Assembly (NCBI RefSeq): GCF_964355755.1
Contig: NC_092675.1
Location: 1,483,812 to 1,547,811 of the forward strand
Origin: Antedon mediterranea
Taxonomy: Eukaryota > Animalia > Echinodermata
Length of the DNA: 64,000 nucleotides
Direction of reading: 5' to 3'
The translations under genes were made by a program, and so were the position numbers. Positions 60,577 to 64,000 of the stretch are shown here, one piece after another. The notes beneath the pieces were generated by a model. It ran no database searches, was not told the DNA's origin, and saw only the letters and a list, made by a program, of their open reading frames with translations. How positions within the stretch are numbered: position 1 is the first letter of the stretch; each line of letters begins with the position of its first letter.

Positions 60577-63500
60577 CTAAGTTCCAAGTGAGAGTAAATT
60601 TTCAAAATCAGGAGAGCAAACTATTCGATGTTTAACTTTTCCTAAACAGTTCATATTTCCTGTTTTATCTTCATTTAAATGTGTTGCGACCAAGTTCTAA
60701 AATAAAAGAAAATAAAAAACAATTAGTCAACAGGATTGTTTAAGAATAGTTTAAGAACCGAAATGATTTTGTACTTTATTTCAAAACCCAAACCAACAGC
60801 AAAAAAAAAACACAAGTTATTGTAAATCATAATCTACTGATCAACAGTGATTGATAGAATATTATATGTCACTGCTTTGCATCCTAGTGGAAACCAATCC
60901 TAAGCCAACATGACTGTTATATATTTCCACCTTCTGTTGCTAAGCTCATATTTGCTACATGTTGCAGAGGCTCCACAAGACTGTGCCTTGTGAGGGGCCT
61001 CTGGATGAAATTTTGAATAAAAAAAAAAGTTTACAATCATTCAATTAGCAAGAAATGCGAATTCTTAAAAAAAATTAATTTCAAAACTAGATACCTGCAA
61101 AAATGCACTTGGCATTCCCATTGAGACGTCCAGACTCACGTTCCCTAGCAACAGTCTGGTTCGTCCAGATTTCAAAACTTGAAGTTTCCCTATAAATCCT
61201 TCTGGAAGATGTTTTAGATGGCAGTTGTTGTCTTGCTTGCCTTGCATTGGCTTTAGAGAAAGTAATAATAATAACACTTTATTTTTACACAGAGCATAGA
61301 GACTATTTTGAGATATACAAATTTAAAACCATTAACCATTAAATAACTATACCTAATAAATTACAACTGTTACATGACTCCACAAAACATCCTAGCATTA
61401 AAGATGTATTGTTTCCCAAAAACATGAAAAATGAAGATTAATACAAAAAAAATACTTTAAATATGGCATTTTGCAGCTTTAATAAAGTTAATCACTTCCG
61501 TAGAAAAAATTTCAATTTTACTTGTAAAAAGACAATTGAACTATTTTTTGCTTTAAATTACAGTTTTTTCAGGAAAACTTTTTTTGTTTCGATCCAATTT
61601 TTGGTCAAAGTGAATAACTGATTAAAATGGAATATTCAACAAAAACAAATATTTTTTCAGGGGGGGGGGGAGCAATATATCTTTAAAAATAGTAATAATG
61701 ATATTTTAAAATTAAAGGTTATTTGGCATTTTGACAGTGCAGAACAGGCCAATAGACATACAGAACTATTCATTTATTTCTGTCTTTTCAGAGTACTGTT
61801 CTGATTTTAAAAGCACATACAGAAATACTGACACATTATACAGCGAAAACAAGGTACAAAAACCAAAAAAGAATTGATTTTATTGTTTTTTTTTTTTAAT
61901 TGTGTAAAGACAACACAAATATATTTAGTATGATGTACTGATTAGATTTAATAGTTAGTAGGATCAACACAAACCAAAACCACTATCTCACCTCTTCAAC
62001 GCGACTAGTTTCTCCTTCTTTTTTGACATGAACTTTGCCTATCTCTGATTCTGCACTTCCAGGGAGTGAGTCCGGAAGTTGGAAGAACACTAATTCTCCC
62101 TCCAGTTGTTTAGTATTTGAAAATAACGACCCTGTTGTAACCCCAACCTCAGATTTGTCTCTAAATTTGTGTGTTTTTGTTGCTGGTTCAGATGTGCTTG
62201 TTTCAATTCCTTCCATAGCATCAAATTCAACATCTTCTTTTTCTTTTTTTATTACTGTTGTTGAAACAGAAAAATTATATTTTCACCATCAACAACCAAT
62301 AATATTGACACATGTGTTATGTTTATCCATGGTCCTACATGGTTCTGAGAATTAATGTAGGATAATACATTATTTATATACAATGCCTACTTGCTATAAT
62401 AAAGAAATCAGATATGCAGGGGTAGTTGCAGAAGTTATCACACCAATAATGATCTAAAAAAGATCTCACCTATATCAACATCCATCTGTTCTTGTTGATT
62501 ATTCTCTTCTGTTTTAACTTCTTTTTTAATTGTTTTTTTCTTTTGTTTCAGTGGGAGTAGAATTGGGTTGTATGATGAATTTTCACCCTCATCAACTAAA
62601 TCATCAATAAACTAAAAGAAATAAGGTAAAGTATGGTAGTTATAAAAATTTTTAAAAGCTTATTATCACAAACATAAACTTTAAAAAATACTAATATATA
62701 AACAGAATATTGAAATTAATATTTTGTTATTATACTACATATCAAAATTATCTCAAAGCACAGGCCATGGGTCAACTGGTACAGACCCCTTCCCTGTCCA
62801 GCAAAGAAGTATGTGGTAGATAGAACACTAAGTTAAGTTCAACACATTTAAGATAGGACACTAAGTTAAGTTCAACACATTTAAGATAGGACACTAAGTT
62901 AAGTTCAACACATTTAAGATAGGACATTAAGTTAAGTTCAACACATTTAAGATAGAACACTAAGTTAAGTTCAACACATTTAAGATAGGACACTAAGTTA
63001 AGTTCAACACATTTTGACAATGTTTGTTAGGCCTGATCCTATCCTAAAACAATTCTCTGAGATCCACCACGCATGGGTCTATAAAGTAGATATTGACATC
63101 AGAATGGCTGCTACAGTACATTTCTAGTTTTAACACTTACATCATCTCTCATAAGGTCTTTCATCATTTTAGCATCTGCTTCTGGATCTCTTTCTTTTTT
63201 TATGACTCTTCTTTGTGACAAACTACCCCCACCCCCACCCCCACCTCCTCCGCCGCCTCCCCCTACAAAGATAAACAATATTAATATCATTATACATACA
63301 TATTTGAAAATCAAAGATAAGGTGTAAATATTCTTGCCTACCAAGTCCAGGAATGTAAGTTCAAATCTGGCAATACTCCTAATAATTATGAGAGTTACTA
63401 AAGTTTTAATATAGATTTTACTAAGTTTAATTAATTAAAAGCTTATCATATAGTGTTGTTTATACTGTGAAAGAGATACTTAGGCTCTGTCTACACTATC

Positions 63501-63886
63501 TTTATGTGAAAAAAAAATGTTATGTGCCCATACATATTACTACCGTATTTGAGCACATCACACATGTCAAACTAGTGTGATAGTGTGGACAGAGCTTTAG
63601 ACTAGAATAGTTTATACTGTTTGAAGGTTTATTTATGTACTGTTAGATAGGTATATGCTAACAGTTTTTTATTCAATTTTTTCAGTACTGGTTTAAAAAA
63701 TGTACTACAAAATATTTACATGTTTTCTTTTCTGCATTAGCAGGTCCTTCCTCAAATATAGATGAGTGACTTTGAACTGCTTCCTGACGGAACCTTTCCC
63801 TGCTATGCTGCCTATCTTTGTTTCTTCTCTGATCCTTCTTGGATGAACGACCTTTTGATGAACTTTCTGTACTTTCTTTTGCAGCA
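60577..63886 (-). CDS. POLR3D: DNA-directed RNA polymerase III subunit RPC4; 3' part, 5' exons lie right of the window
   Basis: Exons 63886-63720, 63262-63141, 62611-62470, 62254-61992, 61250-61095 and 60696-60577 are frame-consistent. Motifs QSHSSIFEEGPA, PILLPL, FFQLPDSLPG, LPEGFIGKLQVLKSGRTRLLLGNVSLDVSMG...FLQ, LGKVKHRIVCSPDFENLL. Confidence 0.93.
62819..63014. repeat. 33-bp minisatellite x6
   Basis: GATAG(A/G)ACACTAAGTTAAGTTCAACACATTTAA repeated in a POLR3D intron. Confidence 0.93.
63483..63596. mobile_element. MITE family A, internally deleted
   Basis: GGCTCTGTCTACACTATC...GATAGTGTGGACAGAGCT followed by TTA. Confidence 0.75.
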
Positions 63887-64000
63887 CTGTGATGATAAAA
63901 CAAAGAGTTTTATATATAATTCACTACAGACTTCATTGTAACCATAGCTTAAAAAAATGATTCAACATGGGGATGGACCATGGAATATGGCTACAGTCAG

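Overview
AT-rich, intron-rich animal genomic DNA, not prokaryotic. An invertebrate deuterostome such as an echinoderm is likely, inferred from gene architecture and Deu-type SINE remnants. Seven spliced protein-coding genes were reconstructed by hand with frame-consistent GT-AG junctions: ZGRF1-like (-, 3' part outside the window), MTTP (+, 891 aa), IVD (-, 422 aa), CRIP1-like (+, 82 aa), CNOT6/CCR4 (+, 556 aa), TMEM72-like (-, 183 aa) and POLR3D/RPC4 (-, 5' part outside the window). ZGRF1/MTTP and IVD/CRIP1 are head-to-head pairs. Non-coding DNA holds about 15 copies of one Harbinger-type MITE, other MITEs, a 2.1-kb Foldback/Mutator-like element in the TMEM72 promoter, SINE/LINE remnants and several minisatellites. 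No CRISPR array or prokaryotic system is present, and I cannot claim a proven new system. The best leads are a cluster of 8 Pumilio elements downstream of the CNOT6 stop (possible feedback on CCR4-NOT), a minimal hammerhead-ribozyme-like motif in sense orientation just 3' of IVD, a minisatellite and candidate in-frame micro-exon derived from a CRIP1 exon/intron junction, a DR1 element upstream of MTTP, and TAGGCCTA clusters at gene 5' ends. Coordinates were counted manually and repeat boundaries are approximate.
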